From Thermotogota bacterium (lineage in GTDB: Bacteria > Thermotogota > Thermotogae > UBA12178), in the NCBI GenBank assembly GCA_003641795.1, contig QNAP01000001.1:1-26633 (forward strand): a stretch of DNA of 26,633 nt. The letters are read 5' to 3'. The notes beneath the pieces were generated by a model. The model was not told the origin of the DNA. It saw nothing but the letters and a program-made list of their open reading frames with translations, and did no database searches. A program made the position numbers and the translations under genes. Positions 1 through 9,309 of this stretch are shown here, in pieces. Numbering within the stretch: position 1 is the first letter of the stretch; every line of letters begins with the position of its first letter.

Positions 1-1
1 C

Positions 2-304
2 TTGTTAGGTTACTCTCTCAACGACACTATCGTCGTTTATGACAAGATACGGGAGAACATGCGGAAGATGAGAGGAAATCCACCCGAGAAGATCGTTAAC
101 ACGAGTATAAACCAGGTTATCGTGCGCTCTTTGAATACCAGCATCACGACGTTCATAGTAGTACTCTCGCTACTGCTCTTTTCTGGTAAGGTGTTACAAT
201 CCTTTGCCTTTGGGTTGGTTGTGGGTGTGATCGTCGGCACCTACTCTTCGCTTTACATAGCTAGTCCGATCGTCATAGGCTGGTTGAAGCGCAGTTGGAG
301 GTAA
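2..304 (+). CDS. secF: Protein translocase subunit SecF, C-terminal part (5' truncated by window edge)
   Basis: GYSLNDTIVVYDKIRE and RSLNTSITT match SecF signature segments, followed by hydrophobic TM helices; TAA stop at 302-304. Confidence 0.93.
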   Translation: MLGYSLNDTIVVYDKIRENMRKMRGNPPEKIVNTSINQVIVRSLNTSITTFIVVLSLLLFSGKVLQSFAFGLVVGVIVGTYSSLYIASPIVIGWLKRSWR

Positions 305-318
305 AGAAAGGGGGTAAC

Positions 319-1401
319 GTGTTCAACGTGTCGAACTTAGAAGAGATGATATACGAGGCCTACAAGATGGGAGCCTCAGATCTTCACTTGTCCGTGGGTG
401 TAGTTCCCACGATACGCTTGCATGGCGAGCTAAAATCCTTTGGAGAGATGGAACCCCTGAGTCGTGAAGCACTGGTGTCTGCCCTCGACCTGTTGATGGA
501 GTCCAAGGGTATCAAACAAAGGGTTGAGTCTCTTGAGCAGAAGGAGCTGGACTTCTCTTTCGGTATAAAGAATGAGGTACGCGTGAGGACCAATCTTTAC
601 TTTGAGCGTAATGAACCCGCCGTTGCTTTTCGTATGATACCCCGCAAGATCAAATCGCTCGATGAACTCGGGTTGCCTCCAATTCTAAAGGAAATGTGTG
701 AACACGACAGGGGATTCGTGCTGGTAGTGGGCCCCACGGGAAGTGGGAAATCAACGACACTCGCGGCCATGCTTGATTACATCAACGCCTCTAAACCCGT
801 TCATATCCTAACCATAGAAGATCCTATCGAGTATGTTCATGACAACAAAGTGGCTCTGGTCCATCAGCGCGAGGTTGGTCAGGACACCACTTCGTTTGCT
901 GATGGATTGAAGTACGCGTTAAGGCAAGATCCCGATGTCATACTTGTAGGTGAGATGAGAGACCTCGAAACCATGGAGCTTGCCCTCACCGCTGCAGAGA
1001 CAGGTCATCTGGTCTTCGCCACCGTGCACACCAATTCTGCACCCCAGACACCAGAAAGGATCATCGGTGCGTTCCCCCCACATCAACAAAACCAGGTCGC
1101 GGTTCAGCTCGCCAATACTCTCGTAGGGATCGTTTACCAGCGGTTGGTTCCCCGTGCGGATATGCCAGGACGCGTCGCCGTGCTGGAAATACTAATCGCG
1201 AACAACGCCATAAAAAACTTGGTACGTGAGATGAAGTTCCACCAAATCGAATCTATCATGCAAGCTAGCGGTAGGCTGGGAATGGTGGTATTCGATGATG
1301 CACTCTTCGACGTTTACAGGCGAGGGTTGATCAGCAAAGAAAGCTTGAAACTCTTCGCCAGAAATTTTGACTACTTGCAAAGGAGAGCAGGAGTACTCTG
1401 A
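319..1401 (+). CDS. pilT: Type IV pilus retraction ATPase PilT
   Basis: Walker A GPTGSGKS, Asp box TIEDPIE, Walker [17 protein letters not shown], His box [10 protein letters not shown] and AIRNLIRE-like AIKNLVRE. Start moved to GTG319 after GGGGGT 310-315; GTG328 is also possible. Confidence 0.92.
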   Translation: MFNVSNLEEMIYEAYKMGASDLHLSVGVVPTIRLHGELKSFGEMEPLSREALVSALDLLMESKGIKQRVESLEQKELDFSFGIKNEVRVRTNLYFERNEPAVAFRMIPRKIKSLDELGLPPILKEMCEHDRGFVLVVGPTGSGKSTTLAAMLDYINASKPVHILTIEDPIEYVHDNKVALVHQREVGQDTTSFADGLKYALRQDPDVILVGEMRDLETMELALTAAETGHLVFATVHTNSAPQTPERIIGAFPPHQQNQVAVQLANTLVGIVYQRLVPRADMPGRVAVLEILIANNAIKNLVREMKFHQIESIMQASGRLGMVVFDDALFDVYRRGLISKESLKLFARNFDYLQRRAGVL

Positions 1402-1402
1402 G

Positions 1403-2497
1403 ATGCTCGAATCGGAACTGGAGAGAATCATAACCCTTTTGAAGGAGAAAAAGCGCGATCTAGAAGGAAGGATCGCAGAAGGTGGTCTCGCTCCTCAAGA
1501 AATAGTAGAAGTGGGCCGCGAGATAGCAAGAACGAGTGAAATCATATCGCTTTATGAAGAGAAGAAGAGACTGGAGACAGAAATTGGAGACTGGAAGGCG
1601 ATGTTGGACGAGATCGAGCAAGACCAGTTGGATGAGCTGGATGAAACCATCGCGCAGCTTGAAAAGAGGTTAGAACATGTTGAACTAGAGCTTCTGCGAT
1701 TGATTCTTCCACCTGATTCTTTGGAAGAAAGAGACGTGATACTGGAAATCCGTGCTGGAACAGGTGGGGAAGAGTCGGCGCTCTTCGCAGCAGATTTACT
1801 GAGGATGTACTCTAGATATGCTGAAAGAAGGGGCTGGAGCACGAACACTGTCGATGCTTCCATCACGGACTTGGGTGGTTTCAAAAGTGTCATCGTGGAG
1901 ATCAATGGGCGAGGAGCTTTTAGCAGGTTACGTTATGAAAGTGGGGTTCACAGGGTTCAGCGCGTTCCAATCACAGAAAGTGGAGGACGTATACACACCT
2001 CTACGGCCACGGTGGCAATCCTACCGAAGGCAACGGAGGTAGACATAAGAATAGATCCGAAAGATCTCAGAGTAGAGGTTTTCAGGGCTTCGGGTCATGG
2101 AGGACAGCATGTGAACCGCACAGAATCAGCAGTTCGTATCACACATATACCCACAGGAGTTGTGGCAACTTGCCAAAGCGAACGTTCACAGCACCAAAAC
2201 AAAGAGCGCGCCCTTGAAGTCCTGAGGGCACGTCTCTATGAGCTTGAAAGACAGAAGCAACGATCGGAGCTCGATGAGCAACGACGTGAACAGATAGGTT
2301 CGGGGGACAGAAGCGAGAAGATACGCACCTACAACTTCCCTCAAAATCGTGTCACCGATCACAGAATCAACTACACTACCTACAGGCTTCGGGAGATCCT
2401 CGACGGTGATCTCGATGAAATCATCGATAGATTGGTATTTCACGAAACCGTGAGGAGATTCAAGTTGCTTCTCGAACAAATAGACTCAGAGGTGTGA
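1403..2497 (+). CDS. prfA: Peptide chain release factor 1
   Basis: GGQ loop [13 protein letters not shown]1-type PxT motif [15 protein letters not shown] and [19 protein letters not shown]1403 follows AGGAG 1389-1393, 1 nt after the pilT stop. Confidence 0.96.
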   Translation: MLESELERIITLLKEKKRDLEGRIAEGGLAPQEIVEVGREIARTSEIISLYEEKKRLETEIGDWKAMLDEIEQDQLDELDETIAQLEKRLEHVELELLRLILPPDSLEERDVILEIRAGTGGEESALFAADLLRMYSRYAERRGWSTNTVDASITDLGGFKSVIVEINGRGAFSRLRYESGVHRVQRVPITESGGRIHTSTATVAILPKATEVDIRIDPKDLRVEVFRASGHGGQHVNRTESAVRITHIPTGVVATCQSERSQHQNKERALEVLRARLYELERQKQRSELDEQRREQIGSGDRSEKIRTYNFPQNRVTDHRINYTTYRLREILDGDLDEIIDRLVFHETVRRFKLLLEQIDSEV

Positions 2498-2503
2498 TGA
2501 TGA

Positions 2504-3433
2504 ATGAAAGTATTCGCAGTGGATCTTGGAGGTACCTTCATCAAAGTTGGAGTGGTGGATGAAAAAGGTTCGATACGTTGGAAGCGTTCGGTGAAGACAC
2601 CACCACCGGGTAGACCTTTAGAAACGGTTTCTACGCTGGCCAAGCTTTTACGGGAAGCTCAACATGAGTTCCAGATATCGTACATCGGCATAGGGTGTCC
2701 GGGATCCATAGATCGAGACCAAGGTCTTGTACGATATTCCCCTAATCTCGACTGGCACGATTTTCCGCTGGCAGAGGCGCTCTCCAAGGAAACAGGACTG
2801 GAGGTCTACGTGGAAAACGATGCCAACGCCTTCGTCCTCGGAGAGAAGTGGTTTGGAGCCGGTAAGAATTGTGAGCACATTGTGGCGCTCACCTTTGGCA
2901 CGGGGGTTGGCGGAGGAGTGATCTCCCATAATATCTTGATAACGGGGTATCTGGGTATCGGTGCAGAATTGGGGCACGTCATTGTAGAGCCCAACGGCCC
3001 ACAGTGTGGTTGTGGAAGCTATGGATGTCTCGAGGCGATCGCTAGTGCGAGATCGGTGGCGAGGCTTGCTACTGAAATGGTGGAAAAGTATCCCGACTCC
3101 GTGTTGAGCGGGTTGGATCGGATAGCGGCGGAAGATGTGTTCGCCGCCTACCGAAAAGGTGACAAGCTGGCAAAGATACTTTTGGAAAGAGTTACTCACG
3201 GAATAGCGAGGGCTGTAGGTGCATACGTTCAGTTTTTCAACCCCCAGCTGATAGTCTTTGGTGGAGGACTAGCGAGGTCTTCCGACGTTTTGATACCACT
3301 CGTTGAGGAAAAAGTGCCGCTTTACGTAATGCCTTCGTTTCTGGGAACTTTCAAGATCGTACAAAGCCAGCTTCTGGAAGATGCTGGTATAAAGGGGGCT
3401 GCTTCCATAGTTTTTCAGAGAAAACTAACTTAG
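2504..3433 (+). CDS. ROK-family sugar kinase (probable glucokinase)
   Basis: DLGGT phosphate loop, ENDANAFVLGE, GTGVGGG, GAELGH and Zn motif CGCGSYGCLE; no N-terminal HTH, so a kinase rather than a repressor. Confidence 0.9.
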   Translation: MKVFAVDLGGTFIKVGVVDEKGSIRWKRSVKTPPPGRPLETVSTLAKLLREAQHEFQISYIGIGCPGSIDRDQGLVRYSPNLDWHDFPLAEALSKETGLEVYVENDANAFVLGEKWFGAGKNCEHIVALTFGTGVGGGVISHNILITGYLGIGAELGHVIVEPNGPQCGCGSYGCLEAIASARSVARLATEMVEKYPDSVLSGLDRIAAEDVFAAYRKGDKLAKILLERVTHGIARAVGAYVQFFNPQLIVFGGGLARSSDVLIPLVEEKVPLYVMPSFLGTFKIVQSQLLEDAGIKGAASIVFQRKLT

Positions 3434-3448
3434 GGAGGGGGAACTTCC

Positions 3449-4654
3449 GTGCTGAGCCGGAGTTTCATGGAGTTGGAGGACACTTACGGTGCCCACAACT
3501 ACAAACCCATACCTGTGGTGATCGAGCGCGGTGAAGGTGTATGGGTGTGGGACGTGGAGGGTAGACGGTATATCGACATGCTTTCATCTTACTCCGCGTT
3601 GAATCACGGACACAGGCATCCGAAAATACTGAAGGCGTTGAAGATGCAGTTAGAAAGAGTTACTCTCACTTCCAGGGCGTTTTACAACGACATGTTGGGG
3701 CGTTTTGAGAAGAAGCTCGCCGAGACAGCCGGGTATGACAAGGTGTTACCGATGAATACGGGTGTCGAAGCCGTGGAAACGGCTTTAAAGATCGCTCGAA
3801 AATGGGGATATCACAAGAAGGGTGTTCCAAAATACGAGGGGAATATCATCGCAGCTTCGGGTAATTTCCACGGTAGAACGATCACCGCGATATCCTTCTC
3901 CACCGAGCCTCAATACAAAAATGGGTTCGGCCCCTTTACTCCAGGTTTCAAAATCGTCCCTTATGGCGACGCAAAAGCAGTGGAGGGGGCAATAGATGAG
4001 AAGACCATAGCGATGATCGTGGAGCCAATCCAAGGTGAAGGTGGCGTCGTCTTACCACCGGAGGGCTATCTGAAGCAGTTGCGGGAGATCGCCGACCAGA
4101 ATGGAATTCTTTTGATCTTCGACGAGATACAGACTGGTCTTGGAAGAACGGGAAAGCTCTTCGCATGGCAATGGGAAGATGCGAGACCCGACATACTCGT
4201 GTTGGGGAAGGCACTTGGAGGCGGTGTTTACCCGGTTTCCGCGGTATTGGCAGATAACTCTGTAATGGAGGTTATGACCCCTGGAGACCATGGTTCCACC
4301 TTCGGTGGCAATCCTTTGGCTGCGGCAGTTGGAATCGCCGCTTTGGAGGTTTTGGAAGAGGAAGAACTCCCTGCCAGAGCGCGAGAGCAAGGAGAGTATT
4401 TCATCGCGAAACTCAGGGAGATCAAGAGCGAATACGTGAAGGAAGTGAGGGGGAAAGGTTTGCTCATTGGAGTGGAGATCAAACCGGAATACGGCTCTGC
4501 AAGGCGATTCTGTGAGAAGCTTGCCAAATTAGGTGTGCTGAGCAAAGAAACCCACGAGCAGGTGATAAGGTTTGCACCTCCGTTGGTGATCAAGTGTGAG
4601 GAGATCGATTGGGCACTGGAAAGAATCGAGAGAGTGTTGGCAGAAGCCTTGTAA
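3449..4654 (+). CDS. rocD: Ornithine--oxo-acid aminotransferase (class III PLP)
   Basis: YGAHNYKPIPVV, LSSYSALNHGHRHP, FHGRT, DEIQTGLGRTG, PLP-Lys LGKALGGG, HGSTFGGNPLA and KETH, a RocD/OAT-type pattern; RBS GGAGGGG 3434-3440. Confidence 0.88.
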   Translation: MLSRSFMELEDTYGAHNYKPIPVVIERGEGVWVWDVEGRRYIDMLSSYSALNHGHRHPKILKALKMQLERVTLTSRAFYNDMLGRFEKKLAETAGYDKVLPMNTGVEAVETALKIARKWGYHKKGVPKYEGNIIAASGNFHGRTITAISFSTEPQYKNGFGPFTPGFKIVPYGDAKAVEGAIDEKTIAMIVEPIQGEGGVVLPPEGYLKQLREIADQNGILLIFDEIQTGLGRTGKLFAWQWEDARPDILVLGKALGGGVYPVSAVLADNSVMEVMTPGDHGSTFGGNPLAAAVGIAALEVLEEEELPARAREQGEYFIAKLREIKSEYVKEVRGKGLLIGVEIKPEYGSARRFCEKLAKLGVLSKETHEQVIRFAPPLVIKCEEIDWALERIERVLAEAL

Positions 4655-4675
4655 AAGAGATAGTGGGGTGGTGAA

Positions 4676-5986
4676 ATGATAGATCGGTACAGCCTTTCTC
4701 CCATGAAGGAACTTTGGACTCTAAATGCCCAATACCAACGTTGGTTCGAAGTGGAGCTGGCTGTAATAGAGGCTTATGAAGAGGTCGGCATCGCACCACG
4801 TGGAACGGCACGGACCATAAGACGGAAGGTTCGAATAAACGTTCCAGCGATTCTGGAGATAGAGAAGGGAACACACCATGACGTAGTTGCCTTCGTAAAG
4901 CACGTGGTTACCCAACTGGGCTCAGAAGGTCGCTTTTTCCATTTTGGGCTCACTTCCTCCGACGTGGTAGACACGGCGCTTTCTATGGCATTGAGAAGAT
5001 CGTGTAGACTCATTCTCGAACAGTTGGAGGAGTTGCTCCAAGTGCTGTGGAATTTGGCGTTGCGATACCGTAATACCATCACTGTGGGCAGAACCCACGG
5101 CGTGCATGCAGAGCCCACCAGCTTCGGTTTAAAGGTGCTGGGCTGGTATGCGATGATGATGAGAAATCGGGATAGACTCGAGAGAGCACTCGAAGACGTT
5201 TCCTTTGGAAAGATATCGGGAGCGGTTGGTAACTACGCCCACGTAGATCCGAAAGTAGAACGTATTGCTCTCGAAAAGTTATCCCTTCGTCCCATCCCAG
5301 TCAGCACCCAGATAGTGCCGCGAGACGTTCATGCCGCGTTTGTTCAGACGTTGGCGCTTCTGGGGTCATCCGTAGAAACTCTGGCTGTAGAAATTAGACA
5401 CCTTCAACGAACAGAGGTTTTGGAAGTAGAGGAAGCTTTTAAAGAAGGTCAGAGAGGTTCATCAGCTATGCCTCATAAGCGCAACCCCATTCTCAGTGAA
5501 AGACTCTGCGGTCTTTCGAGGCTCTTGAGATCTTACGCCCTCGTTGCCCTCGAAAACGTTCCCTTGTGGCATGAGCGAGACATCTCTCATTCATCTGCAG
5601 AACGGTTCATCTTCCCGGATGCCACAGGCGTTGCCTATTACATATTGGTAACACTCAAGCATTTAGTGGAAGAGCTGAAGGTGAACAAAGAGACGATGCG
5701 CCAGAATCTCGATATCACTGGTGGCTTGATCTATTCGCAGCGTGTGTTGAACACGTTGATAGGATCCGGAATGGACCGTGAGACCGCGTATAAAATCGTT
5801 CAAGAACTTTCGAAAAGAGCGTGGGAAAGTGGGGAGAATTTCTACCATCTTGTGACATCAGACCCGAGGATAACGAGCGTGATCGATTCTGAAGAGTTGG
5901 CGGAGCTTTTCAATCCGGAGTATTACTTGAGAAATATAGACAGAATATACAATAGATTTAAGGAGGTTGGTGGATGCGAAGAGTAG
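4676..5986 (+). CDS. purB: Adenylosuccinate lyase
   Basis: HFGLTSSD, GRTHGVHAEPT, signature GSSAMPHKRNP and WHERDISHSS. Confidence 0.96.
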   Translation: MIDRYSLSPMKELWTLNAQYQRWFEVELAVIEAYEEVGIAPRGTARTIRRKVRINVPAILEIEKGTHHDVVAFVKHVVTQLGSEGRFFHFGLTSSDVVDTALSMALRRSCRLILEQLEELLQVLWNLALRYRNTITVGRTHGVHAEPTSFGLKVLGWYAMMMRNRDRLERALEDVSFGKISGAVGNYAHVDPKVERIALEKLSLRPIPVSTQIVPRDVHAAFVQTLALLGSSVETLAVEIRHLQRTEVLEVEEAFKEGQRGSSAMPHKRNPILSERLCGLSRLLRSYALVALENVPLWHERDISHSSAERFIFPDATGVAYYILVTLKHLVEELKVNKETMRQNLDITGGLIYSQRVLNTLIGSGMDRETAYKIVQELSKRAWESGENFYHLVTSDPRITSVIDSEELAELFNPEYYLRNIDRIYNRFKEVGGCEE

Positions 5987-7182
5987 TTATCTTTGGTTTG
6001 CAGTGGGGCGATGAAGGAAAGGGAAAAGTGGTAACCTACTTTTCCCGAGAATTCGATTGGGTTGTGCGCTACAGCGGAGGCAGTAACGCGGGTCATACCG
6101 TGGTTTACAGCGATGATACGAAAGTGATAAATCATCTCGTGCCCTCCTTCGATATTCGTTCGCGCGCGTGCGGTTACATTGGGCCTGGAGTAGTTCTTGA
6201 TCCCCTGGAACTTGTGAAAGAGTTGGGAGAGCTGGAGCGGATTTTCGGAGGAATCGGTGAGAGGTTGAAGATATCCAATCTCTGCCATGTTGTTCTGCCT
6301 CCACACAAAGAGATAGACGCGTCCATAGATGTGAAACGTTCTTGTTCCCTCAGCACTACGCGGCGCGGGATAGGACCTGCGTTGGCAGATAGAGCTTACA
6401 GAATTGGTCTCAGGCTTGTGGAACTTTTGGAAAGCGGCTCCCAGCGAAAGATGGAAGAATACTCCAAAGATTTAAAAGTACTCTACGGTGTGGAGTGGCG
6501 TGATTACACCACCGTTTTGGAGGCGGTGGAACGCCTCAAGCCGCATGTGATCGATCTCATGACATCAAAGCGCCTACTCGAGGAGTCGTCGATTCTCTTT
6601 GAAGGCACGCAAGGAGTACTTTTAGATGTGGATATTGGAACCTATCCTTACGTTACATCTTCAAACTGCGGTGTGACGGGCATAGAACCTGGTCTGGGTT
6701 TTCCAGTTTCCCTCGACGAGAGGCTGGGAGTTTTCAAAGCTTATACCACTCGTGTCGGTGCAGGACCGTTCCCAACGGAGCTTCCAGGCTTTGAGGGAGA
6801 TGAGCTTAGGGAGCGTGGACATGAGTTTGGGGCCACGACTGGCAGAAAGCGGAGATGTGGTTGGCTGGATCTGCCCTTGGTCAGGTTTGCAAACGAAGTT
6901 TCCAAAACCACAGGAATGATTCTTACAAAGGCCGATGTGCTCAACGGAATCGATCAACTGAGGGTATGTGTTGCCTACAAGATCGGTGGCAGATTAGTGG
7001 AAGTGCCTTCGGACCTCTCAGTTTTGGAAAGGGTGACCCCCATGTACGCGGATGTAAAACCTTGGCAAGATCTGCGAGATCCTGCTTTCGAGAAATTTGT
7101 GAAATTTGTCGAGGAGGAAACAGGAGTGCCCGTACGCTACGTCTCCACCGGGCCGGGTGTGGATGAAATGGTGGCGAGGTGA
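5974..7182 (+). CDS. purA: Adenylosuccinate synthetase
   Basis: QWGDEGKGK, GGSNAGHT, EGTQG..LD.D.GTYPYVTSS and FGATTGRKRRCGW; overlaps the purB stop; RBS AGGAGG 5961-5966. Confidence 0.95.
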   Translation: MRRVVIFGLQWGDEGKGKVVTYFSREFDWVVRYSGGSNAGHTVVYSDDTKVINHLVPSFDIRSRACGYIGPGVVLDPLELVKELGELERIFGGIGERLKISNLCHVVLPPHKEIDASIDVKRSCSLSTTRRGIGPALADRAYRIGLRLVELLESGSQRKMEEYSKDLKVLYGVEWRDYTTVLEAVERLKPHVIDLMTSKRLLEESSILFEGTQGVLLDVDIGTYPYVTSSNCGVTGIEPGLGFPVSLDERLGVFKAYTTRVGAGPFPTELPGFEGDELRERGHEFGATTGRKRRCGWLDLPLVRFANEVSKTTGMILTKADVLNGIDQLRVCVAYKIGGRLVEVPSDLSVLERVTPMYADVKPWQDLRDPAFEKFVKFVEEETGVPVRYVSTGPGVDEMVAR

Positions 7183-7189
7183 CTCTGCA

Positions 7190-8434
7190 ATGATTCGAAG
7201 GATAAAAGGAACCGAGGATATATACGGTGGAGAGATCGCGTTGTGGCGTTTCGTAGAACAGCGATTCATCGAAGTGGCTCAGCATTATGGATATGAAGAA
7301 ATTCGAACGCCCATCTTGGAACATGCTGATCTCTTTGTTAGAAGCGTGGGAGAAGATACGGACATCGTCAGGAAGGAGATGTACATCTTCGAAGATCGTG
7401 GGGGTAGGAAGATTGCCTTGAGACCGGAAGGCACCGCTGGGATTGTGAGAGCTTACATTGAACACGGGATGACGCGTTTAGGGTCGCCTCAGAAATTCTT
7501 TTACATCGGTCCCATGTTTCGGTACGAGAAACCTCAGGCAGGAAGACAGCGTCAGTTTCATCAGCTCGGTGTGGAAATATTTGGAAGTCCCAGCCACACT
7601 GCCGATGCGGAAATGATCGCACTGGCTTTTCGCTACTTTCAATCCTTGGGACTTGAAAAACTCGCGGTCCACATCAACAGCATAGGATGTCCCAAATGCC
7701 GTCCAACGTACAAGGAAGCTCTGAAAAGATATTACTCGAATCATCTTGAAGGGCTTTGCGATGATTGCAAAGTTCGTTATAGAAGCAATATATTGCGTCT
7801 TCTTGATTGCAAGATAGACACCGAGTTGGCGGAGAACGCGCCACGGTCCGTTGACTTTTTATGTAGCGAATGTAAAGCGCACTTCAATGGATTAACAGAA
7901 GAACTGAGAAAACTCGGTGTTGAATTCGTAGTGGACCATCGACTTGTTAGGGGACTGGACTACTACACCAGAACAACCTTCGAGATCAAGCATGGAGGTC
8001 TTGGAGCACAAGACGCCATCTGCGGAGGAGGACGATACGACAACTTGGTGGAAGAACTTGGCGGAAGGAGTACACCTGCCACTGGCTTTGCAGCAGGTAT
8101 TGAGCGGATCGTGTTGGCACTTAAAGCAGAAAGAAAGGTTCCTCCAGCGGAGGAAAAGAGATTGTTCGTAGCCGCTGCGGATGCATCGGTCAGAGAAAGG
8201 GTTCTGCAGATTGCAGAGCAACTTCGAAGTCTCGGACTGGCTTCGGAAGTCGACGTGATGGATAGAAGTCTTTCAGCTCAAATGAAGTATGCCGCAAGGA
8301 AAGGTTATCGACACGTCATAATCATAGGCGAATCCGAAGTGGAAAGCGATACCCTCACCTTGAGAGATATGAGAACCGGTGAGCAACGTCGAATACCTCA
8401 AGAAAGGTTGAAAGAAGAAGTCCTTGGAAATTAA
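7190..8434 (+). CDS. hisS: Histidine--tRNA ligase
   Basis: KGTED, LRPEGTA, FRYEKPQAGRQRQFHQ, LVRGLDYY, GGGRYD and GFAAGIER; ATG7190 after GAGGTGA 7176-7182. Confidence 0.97.
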   Translation: MIRRIKGTEDIYGGEIALWRFVEQRFIEVAQHYGYEEIRTPILEHADLFVRSVGEDTDIVRKEMYIFEDRGGRKIALRPEGTAGIVRAYIEHGMTRLGSPQKFFYIGPMFRYEKPQAGRQRQFHQLGVEIFGSPSHTADAEMIALAFRYFQSLGLEKLAVHINSIGCPKCRPTYKEALKRYYSNHLEGLCDDCKVRYRSNILRLLDCKIDTELAENAPRSVDFLCSECKAHFNGLTEELRKLGVEFVVDHRLVRGLDYYTRTTFEIKHGGLGAQDAICGGGRYDNLVEELGGRSTPATGFAAGIERIVLALKAERKVPPAEEKRLFVAAADASVRERVLQIAEQLRSLGLASEVDVMDRSLSAQMKYAARKGYRHVIIIGESEVESDTLTLRDMRTGEQRRIPQERLKEEVLGN

Positions 8435-8462
8435 GAAGAGCAATTCCCGCATATTTGCTATA

Positions 8463-8485
8463 TTATTGTGAATAATTGCCAATAA
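8463..8485. promoter_or_regulatory. Imperfect 23-bp palindrome over the -35 region, candidate operator
   Basis: TTATTG-TG-AAT-A-ATT-GC-CAATAA: 9 of 11 positions are complementary. Confidence 0.45.
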
Positions 8486-8487
8486 CG

Positions 8488-8496
8488 TGGTATAAT
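8488..8496 (+). promoter_or_regulatory. Extended -10 sigma70-type promoter (TGgTATAAT) for the DUF4912-GH57-por operon
   Basis: TG at 8488-8489 and TATAAT at 8491-8496 in an AT-rich 83-nt intergenic gap, 21 nt upstream of GTG8518; only a weak -35 (TTGTGA 8466-8471, 19-nt spacer). Confidence 0.75.
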
Positions 8497-8517
8497 CTCC
8501 GCAAGGAGGTGATAATC

Positions 8518-9309
8518 GTGAGAAAATCGCCGTATGAACTTTTGAAGTGGCTCGATTCAAAGCCGAGAATCCAAGAAGTTCGGACCCTTGCCAAAAAGCT
8601 TGGAGTAAGGTTGAAAAGGACCATGAAAAAGCGGGATATCATCAAAAAGCTGAGAACCGCGTTGAAAGAACGGCTGAAAGCTGAGGAGGCGCGTTCAAGC
8701 GCGACTTCGGTACTCGAGAGTAGTGCCGGGAATGCCGTTCGAGAGTATCCCAAGCAACCTCGCTTGCCAGAAAGTTACAACAAGGACAAGTTGGTGCTCC
8801 TTCCAGTCAATCCCAATTGGATCTACGCTTATTGGGACTTCTCTCGAAAGACCCGAGAATCGGTGCAAAAGAAGGCAGGCAACGTGAGGTTCGTGATACG
8901 CCTCCACGATGTTACCTATGTAATATTCAACGGTTTCAATGCCCATCGTAGTTTCGAGGCGGATGTGGATCTGGACTGGGGGAATTACTACTTTCAGGTG
9001 CCCAATCCCAACGCAGATTACTTGTGCCAGTTGGGATACATAGAAAATGGGCGATTCGTTCCGCTTTTGGCAAGCAACGTGGTTCGAACTCCGCCGATTT
9101 CTCCTTCTGATAAAAAAGAAGAGATTTGGATAAAGATTTCTAAGGGCAAACGATACAGCAAGACTAGTGAAGGTATGGTGGAGAAACCCGTTGAACGGGC
9201 TGTTGGAAGTTCACAATGGCCAAACGTCGGTCCCGTCGTGGAAGCTTCAGGTGGAGGGGCGTTTATTTGGCGCATGGTGCGTGAAGGGCGTAGTGGGGGT
9301 ACCCTGTGA
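8518..9309 (+). CDS. DUF4912-domain protein with basic N-terminal Rho-N-like helical domain
   Basis: LPESYNKDKLVLLPVNPNWIYAYWDF, RLHDVT and WGNYYF fit DUF4912; N-terminal IQEVRTLAKKLGVRLKRTMKKRDIIKKL resembles Rho_N. Strong RBS AAGGAGGTGA 8503-8512 before GTG8518. Confidence 0.78.
   Translation: MRKSPYELLKWLDSKPRIQEVRTLAKKLGVRLKRTMKKRDIIKKLRTALKERLKAEEARSSATSVLESSAGNAVREYPKQPRLPESYNKDKLVLLPVNPNWIYAYWDFSRKTRESVQKKAGNVRFVIRLHDVTYVIFNGFNAHRSFEADVDLDWGNYYFQVPNPNADYLCQLGYIENGRFVPLLASNVVRTPPISPSDKKEEIWIKISKGKRYSKTSEGMVEKPVERAVGSSQWPNVGPVVEASGGGAFIWRMVREGRSGGTL

Noticed and set aside
1367-1402. Upstream extensions of prfA and similarly of hisS (7106), glyS (17646), the MBL gene (21182), DUF368 (24256) and cysE (25189)
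   Set aside because: Each overlaps the previous gene or the leader, and a downstream start with a clear Shine-Dalgarno fits better.
1403-2497. Programmed frameshift or RF2 identity for the release factor
   Set aside because: The frame is continuous and carries a PxT (PIT) motif rather than SPF, so it is RF1.
2495-2503. Selenocysteine recoding at the tandem UGA codons
   Set aside because: RF1 is complete before them, and no SECIS-like hairpin or selenoprotein context is evident.
8439-8459. Possible terminator after hisS (AGCAA...TTGCT)
   Set aside because: Only a 5-bp AT-rich stem with an 11-nt loop and no U-tract.
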